NCBI RefSeq assembly: GCF_963921235.1
Contig: NC_086097.1
Coordinates: forward strand, 170,254,001 to 170,318,000
From: Mobula hypostoma
Lineage: Eukaryota
Length of the DNA: 64,000 bases
Direction of reading: 5' to 3'
Of the stretch, positions 47,673-61,084 are shown one piece after another. The notes beneath the pieces are model-generated. The model worked only from the letters and a program-made list of their open reading frames with translations. It was not told the DNA's origin and made no database searches. The translations under genes were made by a program, and so were the position numbers. Each line of letters opens with the position of its first letter. Positions within the stretch are counted from its first letter, which is position 1.

Positions 47673-48760
47673 ACAGGATGTTGTGGCACCAGTCAGCCAC
47701 ATTTTTAACCTCTCTGGTATTCGCTGATTTGTCACCACTTGTGATTTGGCCAATGACAGTGATGTCGTTCAAATACTTAGATATGGCATTGAAGCTGTGC
47801 TTAGCCTCACAGTTATAAGTATAAAATGACCTGCTAACACATAGCACTGTGGTGATGGAGATTGCGGAGGAGACATGGTTGCCAGTCCGAACTCACTCGG
47901 GTCTGCAAGTGAGGAAATCAAGGACTTAGTTACACAATGAGGTACTGAGGCCTAAGGCCTGAAGCTTTTGATTAGTTTAGTATTGAATGCTGATCTGTAG
48001 TAAATGAAGGACATCCTGATGTTTGCATCTTCACTGTCCAGATGCACTAGGATTGAGTGATGAGCCAATGAAATGGCATCTGCTGTTGACCTATTGTGAC
48101 GGTAGACAAATTGGATCCATTTTCCAGCACCTTTTGTATATATGTAATTGATGGTGGGTAGGCTGGAGCCAGGTGATGCACTGTGCAGTTTTGACTACCC
48201 GTTGTAGAACCTTCCTGTCCATTACAATGCAGTTTCTGTACCAGGCAGTGATGCAGCATGCTGTGCATTGTAGAGAGTGTAGATGTGTATAGGCCAGCTC
48301 TCTTCAGCCTCCTTGGAAAGTGGAGGCATCGTTGAGCTTTCCTGATTATGCTGAATGTGTTCTGAGCTGTGTGTGATGTGCACTCCCAGGAGTTTGAAAC
48401 TACTTACAGTTGTCACTGCTGTGCAGCTGATGTAAAGAGGGCTGTGAATGGTACAAGTTCTCTTGAAGTCGATACTCATCTCCTTTGTCTCATTGATATT
48501 GAGGAAGAGGTTATTTACCTCAAGCTCTTCCACCTCTTCTCTGTAGCATTGTTAGTGATAAGCGCCACCATTGTCATGTCATCGGCGAACTTGACATTGC
48601 GACTACTCGGGTGTTTGGCCGTGCAGTCATGTGTGAGCAGAATGTACAGCAGTGGGCTCAGCACACAGCCCTGGGGGCACCGGGTTGAGGATGAGGTGGA
48701 TGGAGGTGTGGTTGAGCATCCTGACTATCTGAGGTATGTTAATTAGGACGTCCAACAACA
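47673..48760 (-). mobile_element. Rex1/Babar RT fragments (at least two)
   Basis: CEAKHSFNAISKYLNDITVIG...WCHN; NINETKEMSIDFKR...FKLLGVHIT; antisense gtcatcggcgaactt (KFADD). Confidence 0.8.
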
Positions 48761-49409
48761 GCCTGCTGTGCCAAGACTAGGGCATGGGCAGAATGAAAGC
48801 ACATAGTATTTTTCCCAGGGAGGGGATGCTAAAAGTAAGAGAACATATGTTTAGGATCAGAGATGAGAGATTCATTAGGAGTGACTTCCTGCAAAGGGTA
48901 GTTGTGTATTTGGAAATAATGGTTGAGGTGGGCACGTAAGCAACATTTAAAAGCCATCTATGCAAGTACATAGATACGAGAGGTTTTGGGGTCTCTGGGC
49001 CAAGTGTGGACAGGTTGGATTAGCTCAGTGGGCAGAACAGTCGAGATGGATGAGTTGGGCCAAAGCGCCTGTTACCCTGCTGTGTGAGGCTGAGTTTTCA
49101 AATGCCCTATGATACAACAATGGCAACACTTCAAAAGTATTTCAATGGCTATAAACCAATTTCTGAAGTTTTGGCAGATGCTATAGAAATGCAAGCCAAT
49201 CCTTGCAGAGCTGGAGGCACACTCTGCTGTGGTATAAATATTCATGGCCACGTTGATTGGTGCAATGGAGCCAATTGTTTCTAAACCTCTGACACAGATG
49301 ATATACAAAACAAAACTGAGGCAGAAGTGACCATTTGTTATCTTTGGCCAGGAGAAATATCTAGACCATTTATTTGGGCAAAGTACTAACCACCAAGATT
49401 CTAAACCTA

Positions 49410-50655
49410 GGCCTTTGTACCTCCCCCTGTGATTGGATCCTCAACTTCCTTATCAGGAGACCACAGTTAGTGTAGACTGAGAGAACATCTCATTCTCGCT
49501 GACAATCAAATTATATGTGCACTTCAAAGAAGTGTGCTTAGTTCACTGCTCTGCTATCTCTACACTCACCACTGTGTGTCTAAGCACAACTTAAGTGCCA
49601 TTTACAGATCTGCAGGTGATGCCTAAGGTTTTGGTAAAATCTCAGACAGTGACAGGGTGGCATGCAGGAGTAAGAGATCAGATGGTTGAGTGGTGTCGCA
49701 ACAACAACCTTGCACTCCATGTCAGCAGTACCAAAGAATTGATTGAGGACTTCAGGAATGGGAAGTTGGGCAACATACAACAGTACTCATTGAATGGTCT
49801 GCGTTGCAAAGGGTAAGCGGCTTTAAGTTCCTGGCTGCTGTCAACATCTCAGTGGTTCTGACCTGGGCCTAACATATTGCATCACAGCCTGGTATGGCGC
49901 CTCCATTGTGTAAGATTGCAAGAGGCTGCAGAGGTTGTACACATCACAGGCATAACCCTCAACACCATCAAGGACATCTTCAAGGGGTTGTGCCTTGAGA
50001 AGGTGGCATGCATCATTTAGGACCCTCCTCATCTGGGCATGCCCTCTTCTTGTTACTACCAAGAGGGAGGAGGCACAGGACCCTGAATACTGACATCCAA
50101 TGATTCAGGAAAAGCAAATTCCCCTCTGTCATCAGATTTCTGAATGGCCGTTTTACTGTTAGAGACATAACACTATAAAACATAGGAGCAGAGTTAGGCT
50201 ATTTGGCCTGTCAAGTCTGCTCCACCATTTGATTTATTTTCACTCTCAACCCCATTCTCCTGCCATCTTCCCCTAACCCTTGATGCCCTAATGAATCAAA
50301 AACCTATCAACCTCTGATTTAAATATACCCAATGACTTGCCCTCCACAGCCGTCTGTGGCAATGAACTGCACAGATTCATCACCCTCTGGCTAAAGAAAA
50401 AACTCCTCATCTCTGTTCTAAAGGGACCTCTTTGTATTCTGAGACTGTGCTCTCTGGTCCTAGATGCTCCCACTGTTGGAAAAGTCACCTCCACTTCCGC
50501 TCTGTCTAGACTTTCATAAACCATGAGCAGTTGCACATTATTTCTTTTTTAAGGAATTATTAATTTGCTTAGTAATTTTCTGTCTTTTCACTGTACTTCT
50601 GGGGCAAAATCGATTGCACATCGTATAAGACAGTAATAATAAACCTGATTCTGTC
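49410..50655 (+). mobile_element. Rex1 fragment interrupted by an antisense CR1 3' end (50165-50510)
   Basis: EWCRNNNLALHVSSTKELIEDFR. CR1 part: SRTREHSLRIQRGPFRTEMRSFFFSQRV. Confidence 0.75.
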
Positions 50656-51974
50656 TAAAGAACTATCCAATTAATCTGTTTTCCCTATGGCTTTGGAAAG
50701 GTATATATCCAATTCTTTGTCTTTTCAATACCCTTTCAAAAATACGTTTTGAACTATAATTAGTGTTGATTTTTGGCAACAATCTGTCAGATTCATTGTC
50801 ATATTCCTTGCTGATCACAAATTTAATTTCTCTAATGAAGTCACATTTGAAAGTGACTCTGATGGGATTTGAACTCAAAGTTCTCTTAGAATTATTTTTC
50901 ACCCTAGTTTTTTGTATTACCGAGCCATTTGATTATTAAGTACCCTGTCAACAGCTACGACTTCATCTCTGATTCCTTCCCACTGCCTCTACTGCCCCTC
51001 AAGGTACTGTATGTAGATGAACAGGCCATTTACCCAATGCAATCTTATTATGGTCAGAGTAAACAGTGATATCAATTCTGGTTTATCACAAATATTGGAA
51101 TCTCAGAATTGAACAAAATATCCTTTATTCTCTGCAACCTCTTCTGCACCATCTCCAAAGCCTCCTGTAATGGTGTGACTAGAACAGGACACAGAATATT
51201 CTAAGTGCAGCCTAACCAAACTCGCTCATGGGCAGGATACTCTCCACTGCGCATCTATGGATGTCCATGTGACCTTTTCAGGTTTCTTCCCACATCCTGA
51301 ATATGTGAAAACATGTTAAGTCAAGTTAAGTTTATTGTCATAGGCACAAATACTATGAGCTACAGTGCAATTAAAACTTGTTTGCAGCAGCAAAATGAGC
51401 ATGTAGGGGTAGACAATATAGAAATTTTTAATTATCCATAAAATTCTTCCATTCAGTGAAAAGAGACTGTGCAAAAGCAAGACATAAGTGCAAAAGAAAA
51501 CAGAGCCAATCAAAGGCAAATTCATGGCAGTGCAAGAGGTGGTCTGCAGTATTCCATTGCTAAGGTAGAGCTAGGGCTGTGCAGGTTAGTTTGACCAGCT
51601 GGTGAGTTGTAGGAAAGTAGCTGTTCTTGAACCTAGTCATATTAGCGTTGTGCATTAGTCAAGTACCCACTGTAAATTGCCCATGTTACGTAGCTGAGTG
51701 GTGCGTTTAGCACGAAGATGATGGGAATATGGAAAGAATAAAGTTTGATTCATGTGAGCACAGTATAAATTGATGTTGCATGGTCAGTAAGAGTTCAGCA
51801 ACTGATTCCTTGTTCTAATTCACTTCCATGCTTCATGGATTCTCTACAGAAACAGTGGGAACAAGGAAATAAATGCAAAATTGTTCTTAACAGGAACATT
51901 GGTTCACTAAATGTGTTATGTAATCAAACAGCAAGAGCCATATTGTTTTGTACATGATAAAAGCACTTATAACC

Positions 51975-53430
51975 AATACTTTGGTCACCTACCTACAGGC
52001 AAGATGTAAATAAGATTGAAAGAGTGCAGAGAAAATTTACAAGTCTGTTGCTGGAACTTCAGGACCTGAGTTATAGGGAAAGGTTGAACAGGTTAGCACT
52101 TCATTCATGAGAACATAGAAGACTGAGCAGAGATTTGATAGAGGTATGCAAAATTATGAGGTGTATAGATAGAGTAACTACAAGCAGGCTTTTTCCACTG
52201 AGGTTGGGTGAGACTACAACTAGAGGTTAAGGGTGAAAGGTGAATTTTTAAAGGAGAACATGGGGGGGGGTACTTCTTCACTCAGAGGGTAGTGAGAGTG
52301 TGGAGTTAGCTGCCAGTGCAAGTGATGGATGCAGAGTTGATTTCAACATTTAATAGAAATTTGGACAGGTACATAGATAAGAGGGGTAAAAAGGGCTATG
52401 GTTTGGATGCAAGTTGATTGGTCTGGGCAGGTTAATGGTTTGCCACAGATTAGATGGGGTGAGTGACCTGTTCTGTGCTGTAATGTTCTAAGACCTTGAC
52501 TTTTTTTGCATTGTGTTCAGTACTGGTCACTCTGTCTTAAAAAAGATGTTGTTAAGCTAGGAAGAATGTAAAAAAATTAAAAAGGTGTTTCTAGGGCTTG
52601 AAGAACTGAGTTATGGAAAGGTTGGACAGATTAGTACCTTATTCCTTGGAGCATAGTAGACTGAGGGGCAGCTTTATCAGAGGTGTATAATATCATGAAG
52701 GGCATAGATAAGATGAAATCACTCGATCTTTTTCCGAAGTCTTGGGAATCAAGAACAAGAGGAAATAGGTTTAAAGTGATAGGAAAGAAATTTAATAGGA
52801 AACTGAGGGCCACTTTTTCACCTAAAGGATGGTATGTATGTGGGATGATCTGCCAGAAGCAGGCAGAAGCTGTCTTTTTTAAAAAACAGTTGGACAGGCC
52901 CATGGATAGGAAAGGTTTAGAGGAATATCGGCTAAATCACCTGCATGCAGAAGGGACATCAGTAAGTTTGAAAGAGTACAGAGAGAATTTACAAGGATGT
53001 TGCCTGGACTTGAGGACCTGAGTTATAGGGAAGGGTTAAATAGGTTAGGATTTTATTCCATGGAGCATGGAAGAATGAGGGGAGATCTTAAAGAGATGTG
53101 CAAAACAAAGAGGGGTATAGATAGAGTAAACGCATGTTGGCCTTTCTCCCTCTGAATGGGTGAGACTAGATTTACTAGACTAAAGGTCAGAGGTTTAGAG
53201 TGAAACGTGAAATATTTAAGGGGAACCTGAGGGAGATCTTCTTCATTCAGAGGGTGATGGAAGTGTAGAATGAGCTACTAGTGGAAGTGGTAGATGTAGT
53301 TTGAAATGTAACATTTAAGAAAAATATGGATATGAGGGGTATGGTGGGATTCAGTGCTGGTAGATGGGATGTGGCAGAAGATTAGATGGGCCAAAGAGTC
53401 TGCTTCTGTAAGTCTATAGACTATAGGACT
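51975..53430 (+). mobile_element. Three tandem CR1 3' ends
   Basis: The gagtgcagagaaaatttacaag/RGDLIE/TRG/QRV block occurs three times (starts ~51975, ~52505, ~52955), each diverged. Confidence 0.8.
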
Positions 53431-53714
53431 CCATGAGCTTCTAATTTGCAGGAGGTACCTTCAAAGCCAGCTAGCTGCAAAAAATAATATGATGGCTTCT
53501 CTAAGTTATGGAGATGGGTAACATTATCACTGATTTTACGGAGTGAGAGAAATGGAATGGAATAATTGAAACATCTAAAGAGTTTGCATATGTGCCTTTT
53601 CATGAAGGAAGTTTGTCATTCAGAACTGTTGTCTATCATCCTTCTACTACTTTCACTAAGAGGACCAATCTGGTTTTAAAATCTTATAGAGGGCTGCATT
53701 AGGTGAAGATCTGG

Positions 53715-54400
53715 AGGCACAAGGTACTGGAATCTGGAGCAAGTAACACAATGAGTCAAGCAGCACTTGAGCATGCAGAGGTATTACTGATGTTTTGGGT
53801 TAGCCTTTTGCATTAGGACTGAGGGAGTACATGGAAGTTATCCAGCATTTAGAAGTGAAGGGGAGGGGAGAGAGAGGCTGGCAGGTGATGGGTGGAACCA
53901 ATTGAGGGAATGATAGGCAAATGGAGATGGGTAGGTTAGAGGGAGGGGGGAGAACAGAGACACAGGCTGGTGTGTGATAAATGCAAACAGATAAGTGACA
54001 AAAATCAGGCAGTTGGAGCTGGGTTGGGCAGGGGAGGGAGTAAGGTAGAAGAGGCTGGTGGGTGATGGGTGGGACCAAGTCAGGGAAGTGAAAGGGCAGG
54101 TGGTAGAAGGGAGGGGTGGGAATTGGAAAAATGAACCAAAGGAGAAGAAACCCTGATTTGATGGCACTGGATAGATGGAACCAGGTGGGGGAGGTAAGTC
54201 TTAGTGATGAGGGAGGGAAAGGATGGGAAAGGTTAGGAGAAGGAGAGAGAGAGAGAGAGAGAGACACCCCCATGGATAGGTGTAATTGGGAAAGGAACAT
54301 GGGGTGTGGGTTACCTGAAGTTAGAAAATTCAGTGGTCATACCATTGGGTCGAAACTTAATCAACCCAAATATAGGGTGTTGTCTTACTTCTTGTATGTC
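53715..54400 (-). mobile_element. Penelope-like element 3' end: GIY-YIG C-terminus plus pLTR
   Basis: Minus-strand translation of ~54311-54392: EVRQHPIFGLIKFRPNGMTTEFSNFR*, resembling the PLE C-terminal EQHLIFRLGTLQP.GMN motif. Followed by a C/T-rich tract and decayed hammerhead (cagtcctaatgcaaaaggctaacccaaaacatc). Confidence 0.7.
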
Positions 54401-54539
54401 CTCATCTAACAACTCGTGCCTCACTAAAGACCAAGGTCTTATGCTTGTCCTATAATAAAATTATTTTCAAATTGGTACATTCTTTAAGCAATCAGTGATT
54501 GAAGGAAAGAATGCAAGGACAAACAGGCAGAAACTTCAC

Positions 54540-55440
54540 TGAGACACAAGAGACTGCAAATGGTAGAATTTGGAGCTACAAGCAATCTGCTGGAACAGCG
54601 TCAGTGAGGATAATGTAATTGTCAGTGTTTTGGGTTGAAACCCTGCAAGAGGATTGAGCGTGGAGAGGGCAGATAGCCAGTATAGAGAAGTAAGGGAGAA
54701 TGGTGAGGCAGAGGTGACTGGTTGATCAAAGGGTGGATGAAGATGACAGGCAGGTGTCATGGTCCCATCTGGCAATTCCCCATCTTGCTATTATCTTCTT
54801 GATTGGGCCTTAATCCCCTCGTCTGATTTCCAGTTGTTCCCAGTTCCATTAATTACAGCACACCTGCTTCCCATCAGTGAATGCAGGATAAGAATCCTGG
54901 AGTCACAGCAATGGACTGCTAGTTTGTTGGTCAATTCTAATGTGTGTAAGCCTTGTTTCCTGATTACTTAGGACTGTTAGTTCTAAGTTCTGTACCATTC
55001 CTTGGATAATCTATGTAAACCTAGTTTCTGTGTAAAGACTTTCCTGGATACCTGCTCCATGTTTGTGACTGTGCTAATGCCTCATGACCCTGTCTCTGTG
55101 CCTGTGTCCTGCACTTGGGTTTGTCCCCAGCCATGTCCTTGCAACAGCAGGTGCAACCAGATGGTGGAATTGGGAGGTAGGGTCAGGTGAGAGATGGGAA
55201 AAAGCAGACAAAAGGGAGAAAGGTGAAGTAAGATGGGTGGGGTGGGAAGCTGGAGATGGTGAATGGAGTGAGATAAACAGGAATACAGAAGGCTCCAAAT
55301 CTGTGCTTGGATAAGTACAATGGGTGAGATTAGGGACCATTAGGGCAGAGGTGTATGGCAGAAGGAAATAGTGTGATTTGCTTGGGGGGAGGAGAGAGCC
55401 AATGGGTGAAATGTGTGGGTGATGGAGCTGGGGGGGGGGG
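54540..55440 (-). mobile_element. Old Penelope-like pLTR interrupted by a probable LTR fragment (~54755-55145)
   Basis: acacaagagactgcaaatgg...ttttgggttgaaaccctgca...purine-rich tract. Insert begins tgtcatgg and ends gcaaca. Confidence 0.5.
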
Positions 55441-56839
55441 GGGAGGAGAGATACTTCACTGATAGTGATGTTTAGAATCACACTCTATGGCCATACCTTA
55501 CAAGTAAGTACTAATTCTGAGCGTTTGTGCAAGTATAATTTCTGTGAAAATGAAGTAAAGAGCAATGGAGTATCCACCTCTATAATCACATAATTTAATC
55601 AACTAACCATGGCTCTGAAATCCAAAGTAAAACAATTGCAGGGCAGACCAAATATTAGAAGGGGTTCAACTGATTAGGTTAGGTTGCACACAATTTAATA
55701 GATTAGATCTTAGTTTAACTGAGCAATCACTTTTAATGCATTTTTTCAGTCAATCAGGAGAAAGAAACTTGATAAAACATCTCCACAGATTTTGGCTGAG
55801 TGTAATTGACAGGAGCAAGGAGGGTAGGAGTCATCACAAGTTCACCAATGAATGTTCCTCCCCAGTCCTGCAACTTTCTATCAGTGACTAAGCCTGGAGG
55901 AAGCTTTGACTCAGATTAACTTGACACAAATGTAACTTAAAGAATCAAATTTTATGTCATGAGTTTTTAGGGCAACAGTTGACAGGGGAATTGGTCATTC
56001 ACTTTCAGAAGAGGTGGTAATTATTGGGCCTTGGGCCATTTTACAGAAGATTCCTATATTCCAAAGGGTTCTCATTACTTTTAAGCTTGTGCATTGATTG
56101 TAAAAGCAGGCATAGTTCTAGCTTTAGTTTTTGTAACACACAATCTGCTGGAGGAATTCAGCAAGAGAAGCAGCATCTGTGGTAGGAAAGGAATTATTGA
56201 TGTTTTGGGTTGACATGTAGGGTTTAGGCATGAATGCCCCCAATTCCTTTCCTGCACAGGTGCCACTGGACCTGCTGAGATCCTCTAACAGATTGTTTAT
56301 TACACAATTTTACAGCATCCACATTCTCTTGTGTCTCCTTAGTTTCTGTAACCAGCTATCAATTGGTACAGTTCCCACTCAGTGTGAGAGTGGAGATACT
56401 TGGAAGCAAGATCTGGTTCAGGGGGAGAGATTACAATTAAACCAGGGGGGAAGTTATAATTAAGCATGCTCTAAGTGCAGTCATCCAAAACTACCTTTGC
56501 TGGTTGAACTGTTCTTATGTTCTGAAGTACAGAAAATACTGGACATATTCCAGCAGATAAGGCAGCATTTGTGGGGGGAGAGAGAGAAAGGTGTGCACAC
56601 ACACATCATGGGAGTTGCCTGATCTTTATTAGAACTGGTGAGACAAAATTTGTTCAATAAGGTAGGTTTAATGGAGTCTTTAAAAATAAAAGCGGCAACT
56701 TATCTCAATTTAGTAGATCCCTATGGTAAGCAGGGTGTGTGTATGTAGGTATGTGTCAGTCTCTGTGTGAGTATAGTTGTATATGTATCTGCTGTATTGT
56801 TTGTGTGTGTGTGTTTGAACATGTCCCTTTCTGTGCACA

Positions 56840-58565
56840 AAATGACTTTTTAAAGCAACCTGTGGACAAGCCCACGAGGATAAATGCAACTTTAGATTGG
56901 ATGTTGTGTGATGAACCAGATTTGACTAGGGTACTTAGTTATCATAATATGTTAGAATTTACCCTGCAGTTTGAGAGGGAGAAGTTAAAACTGGATATAC
57001 TGTTTTTACAGTTGAGTAAAAGTAACTACAGAGGCATGAAAATGCAGATGCTAAGGTTGATTTGAAGGGAGCATCAAGGGATGATGGTAGACAACAATGG
57101 CTGGAGATTCTAGGCGCAATTCTGAAGATGCAGGATTGGTTCATCTCAAAGAAGAAACTTTTGAAAGGGAGGACGAGGCAACTATGGCTGTCAAGGAAAA
57201 TCAAAGGCAGCACAAAAACAAAAGAGGGCATGCAATATAGCAGAAATTAGTGGGAAGCTAGAAGACTGGGAAGCTCATAGAAACCAATAGAACACAGCTA
57301 ATAAAGCAATAAGGAAAGAAAAGATAAAATATGAAGGCAAGCTGGCCAATAATATTAGAGGATACCAAAATGTTTTCCAGATATGTGAACAGTAAAAGAG
57401 AGGTAAGAATGTACATTGGAATACTGGAAAATGATGCTAGAATTTTAGTAATGGGGAACAAAGAAATAACAGATGAACTGAATAAGTATTTTACATCAGT
57501 CTTTAGGAAATCACTGGCAGTGTGCCACGAATTGAAGACTATTGGGGACATAAGTGAGTGCAGTTGCTGTAACTAAGGAGCACATACTTGGGAAACTGAA
57601 AGAGGTAGCTGAAGAGATTGTGAAGGAATTAGTAGTAATCTTTCAAGATTCGCTAGAGTTCGAAATGTCTCCAGAGGACTAGAAAATTGTAAATGTCACT
57701 CCACTCTTGAAGAAAGAAAGGCAAATTACAGGAAATTATAGGCCAGTTAGCTTGACTTCAGTGAAACATAGAAAACTTACAGCACAATATAGGCCCTATG
57801 GCCCACAAAGCTGTGCCAAACATGCCCTTATCTTAGAAATTAACGAGGATTACCCATAGCCCTCTATTTTTCTGAGCTCCATGTACCTGTCCAGGAGTCT
57901 CTTAAAAGACCCTATCATATCCGTCTCCAACACCGTCGCCGGCAGTCCATTCCAAGCACTCACCATTCTCTGCATTTTTTTAAAAAAAACTTACCGCTGA
58001 CATCTTTGTACCTACTTCCAAGCACCTTAAAACTGTGCCCTCTCATGTTAGCCATTTCAGCCCTGGGAAAAAGCCTCTGACTATCCACACGATCAATGCC
58101 TCTCATCATCTTATACACCTCTATCAGGTCACCTCTCATCCTCCGTCTCTCCAAGAGAAAAAGGCGGAGTTCACTCAACCTATTCTCATAAGGCATGCTC
58201 CCCAATCCAGGCAACATCCTTGTAAATCTCATCTGCATCCTTTCTATGGTTTCCACATCCAGTGGTGGCAAGATGTTGGAGTCCATTATTAAGGATAATA
58301 TTTCAAGGTACTTGATAAAATAGGCTGAAGTCGGTATGAGTCTGTAGAAAGAGTTGGAGAGATTAGGAGAATTGGCAAAGAATTGGGAAATGAAATACCA
58401 TGTAGAGAAATGTATAGTCCTGCAGTTTGGTAGAAGGAATAAAGGCATAGATTATTTTCTAAATGGGACACAATTTCAGAAATCAGAGGCACAAAGAGAC
58501 TTGGGAGTCCTGGTGCAGGATTCACTAAAAGTTAACTTGCAGGTTGAGTTGGTGGTAAGGAAGTC
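56840..58565 (+). mobile_element. Decayed CR1 ORF2
   Basis: FLKQPVDKPTRINATLDWML; EITDELNKYFTSVF; ggaaattataggccagttagcttgacttcagtg (GNYRPVSLTSV); QRDLGVLVQDSLKVN. Confidence 0.85.
57764..58259 (-). mobile_element. Young CR1 3' end nested in CR1, TSD CAGTG
   Basis: ERMQMRFTRMLPGL...RRMRGDLIEVYKMMRG; CAGTG at 57759-57763 and 58260-58264. Confidence 0.88.
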
Positions 58566-59354
58566 TAATAGTAGGTTTGGGCCCCTGAACTTCAGCGAGT
58601 ACAGGCCCAGAGCTATTACATGCTCCTCATACATTAACCCTTTTCTACCCAGGAACAGTCTCATAAACCTCGCCTCTCCTCTGCATGGAAGTCAGGGGTG
58701 TTCATGGCTGAAGGGGAAAGAGGGTGGGGTGCAGCCACGAAGAGAGCTGAGAATTCATTGCTGAACTGAGAAATGGCACATGTCACTGAGCAGAGGGCAG
58801 TTATTGAATGGGACACATTTTGTGTTAGGGCACAAGCAGCAGTTGCTGGCTGGAATCTGGAGCAACAAACCATCTGCCGGAGGAACTCAGTAGGTCGAAC
58901 AACATCTATGGGAGGAACTGAACTGTCAGCATTTTGGGTTGAAACCTTGCATTAGGTCTGGAAATGTGAAGATGTTCTTCATCATAACTGTTATTGATAA
59001 TCCTGTCACTACATAATAATACTTAGTATAAACTGGCAGCTATTCTAAATATTCAGGAAAGTTAAGGGCAGAACAGGTTTTGTATTCTGTTGATAGAAAC
59101 ATTTAAATGTTTGGTCATTGATTTTATTGTCAATGCAAGATTTGCCTTTGAATTTTTTTCTTGCTGTGGAGAGTTTAGGATGATCGTGGGGCAACCCCTT
59201 GTGCAAAATAAGAGCCCCCCCAGAGACTGATTCTCCAGAAAATCCTCAGGGCTGCTCCGTGTAGCATCAGTGGAGTCTCTGTCTGACCACAGCTGCAATT
59301 CCTCATGGGTACCTGGCAGCCAATCAAAGGTGAACACTCTGTTACCTTAGTTAC

Positions 59355-59715
59355 AGTACTAAAGTGGCTTGGTTACTAGACTAGGAATCCAGAGGTCTGA
59401 ATTAATGATCCACAAACATGAGTCAAATCCCGCTGCGGCAGATGGTGAATTAAAGTTCAATTAATTAAATAAATCTGCAATTAAAAAGCTAGGAGACCAT
59501 GAAACTGCTGGCTGCTCATAAAAGCACATCTGGTTTATTAACGTCCTTTAGGAAAGGCAAGTTCACACTTTCCTTGGTCTGGTCCGTATGTGACTCCAGA
59601 CTCATCATAATCTGGTAGACTCTCAATTGCTCTTTGTAGTGGTGGAAAAAGACACTCAGTTCAAGGGGAAATTAGCTTCAGACTTTAAATTCTGGATCTA
59701 TCAGTTCTACGCCTT
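59355..59715 (+). mobile_element. tRNA-derived SINE (non-V family)
   Basis: Head with B-box-like atgagtcaaatcccgct; body catctggtttattaacgtcctttaggaaagg...tgtgactccagac, as recalled for shark/ray SINEs. Confidence 0.6.
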
Positions 59716-59929
59716 GTAAGTGAAGAAAAGAGAGAATTGTCAGTGATGATCAAAGTTGAGTTTATTGTCATGTGCACAAGTGCATGGATGCAATGAAAAA
59801 TTTCCTTGCAGTTGCATCACAGCACAAAGCATCATGTAAGTGCATTCATAAGAAAAAACATAAACATATTATACACTATTTTACTATAATAGAAAAACAA
59901 AAAAAGTAAAACCCATTTTTTAATCAACT

Positions 59930-60120
59930 CAGAATGCTGGGGGATCTCAGCAGGCTCATTCTGACTTCTACCCTTTCCAATCCAGTCCCGTTGAAGGTTC
60001 TCGACCCAAAACGTCAACTGTTTATTTCCATCTATAGATGCTGCTTGACTTACTGTGTTCCTCCAGCATTTTGTGTGTGTCGCTCAAAATTTCCAGCTTC
60101 TGCAGAACCTTTCGAGTTTG
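59930..60120 (+). mobile_element. Penelope-like pLTR fragment with degenerate hammerhead, inserted in a Rex1 tail
   Basis: ccagtcccgttgaaggttctcgacccaaaacgtcaactg...gatgctgcttgac...cctccagcattttgtgtgtg. Confidence 0.7.
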
Positions 60121-60462
60121 CAAAGTCCATTTTAGTGCTAAGTGGTCATCATGTTGCTGAACTGAAAGTGATCAGGGTTTTGTTGGTTGGTTCAAGGACC
60201 AAATAGTTGAAGGGAATTCACTGCTCTTGAACCCAGTGGCGTGTAACTTTGGGTTTATGTACCTTCTGCCTGATGGCAGCTATGCAAAGATGGCATTGGC
60301 CAGATGACGGGGATCTTTGATGATGGATGCTGCTTTCTTGAGGCTGTGCCTCCTGTAGATACTACCAAAGATAGGGATTTAAGGATTGTCTCTCACTCTA
60401 TCACCTCTAATATCTCACCTTCAATCCCTGCCTCATTGTCCCCTTTCTTCCTGCACAATCTA

Positions 60463-61084
60463 TGAGGGGTGATTGATAAGTTTGTGGCCTAAGGTAGAAG
60501 GAGTCAATTTTAGAAAACCTAGCACATTTGTTTTTCAACATAGTCCCCTCCTACATGTACACACTTAGTCTAACGGTTGTGGAGCATACGGATCTCTTCT
60601 TTGTAGAAGTGGTCCACAGCAGGGGTGATTGATAAGTTCATGGCCTAAGGTAGAAAGAGATGAGTTATTAACTTCAAACTTTCTGCATTATCACTCAGAG
60701 AGTTGAACTGCACGTGCATGTAATGAGAGCATCTTGGACCTCCAGGGGGTCCACGGCAGGGGTGATTGATAAGTTCGTGGCCTTAGGTAGAAAGAGATGA
60801 GTTATACAGCTCTTATTATGTACATGTGCAGTTCAACTCTTTGAGTGAAAATGCAGAAAATTTGAAGTTAAAGCTCATCTCCTTCTACCTTAGGCCACAA
60901 ACTTATCAATCACCCCTGCTGTGGACCACTTCTGGAGGTCCAAGATGCCGACTTCTACAAAGAAGGGATCCGTATGCTCCATGACCACTGGACCAAGTGT
61001 GTAAATGTAGGAAAAATAAATGCGCTAGGTTTTCGAAAATTGACTCCTTCTACCTTAGGCCACAAACCTATCAATCACCCCTCA
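60463..61084. mobile_element. Mariner-derived fold-back MITE, TA TSD
   Basis: TIR TGAGGGGTGATTGATAAGTTTGTGGCCTAAGGTAGAAGGAG at both ends. TA at 60461-60462 and 61085-61086. Mariner C-terminus (LEVQDADFYKEGIRMLHDHWTKCVNVG; antisense TKCVHVGGDYVEK) in both arms. Confidence 0.88.

Noticed and set aside
53800..54300. 166-aa Pro/Ser/Leu-rich ORF
   Set aside because: Low-complexity translation of the pyrimidine-rich Penelope pLTR tract.
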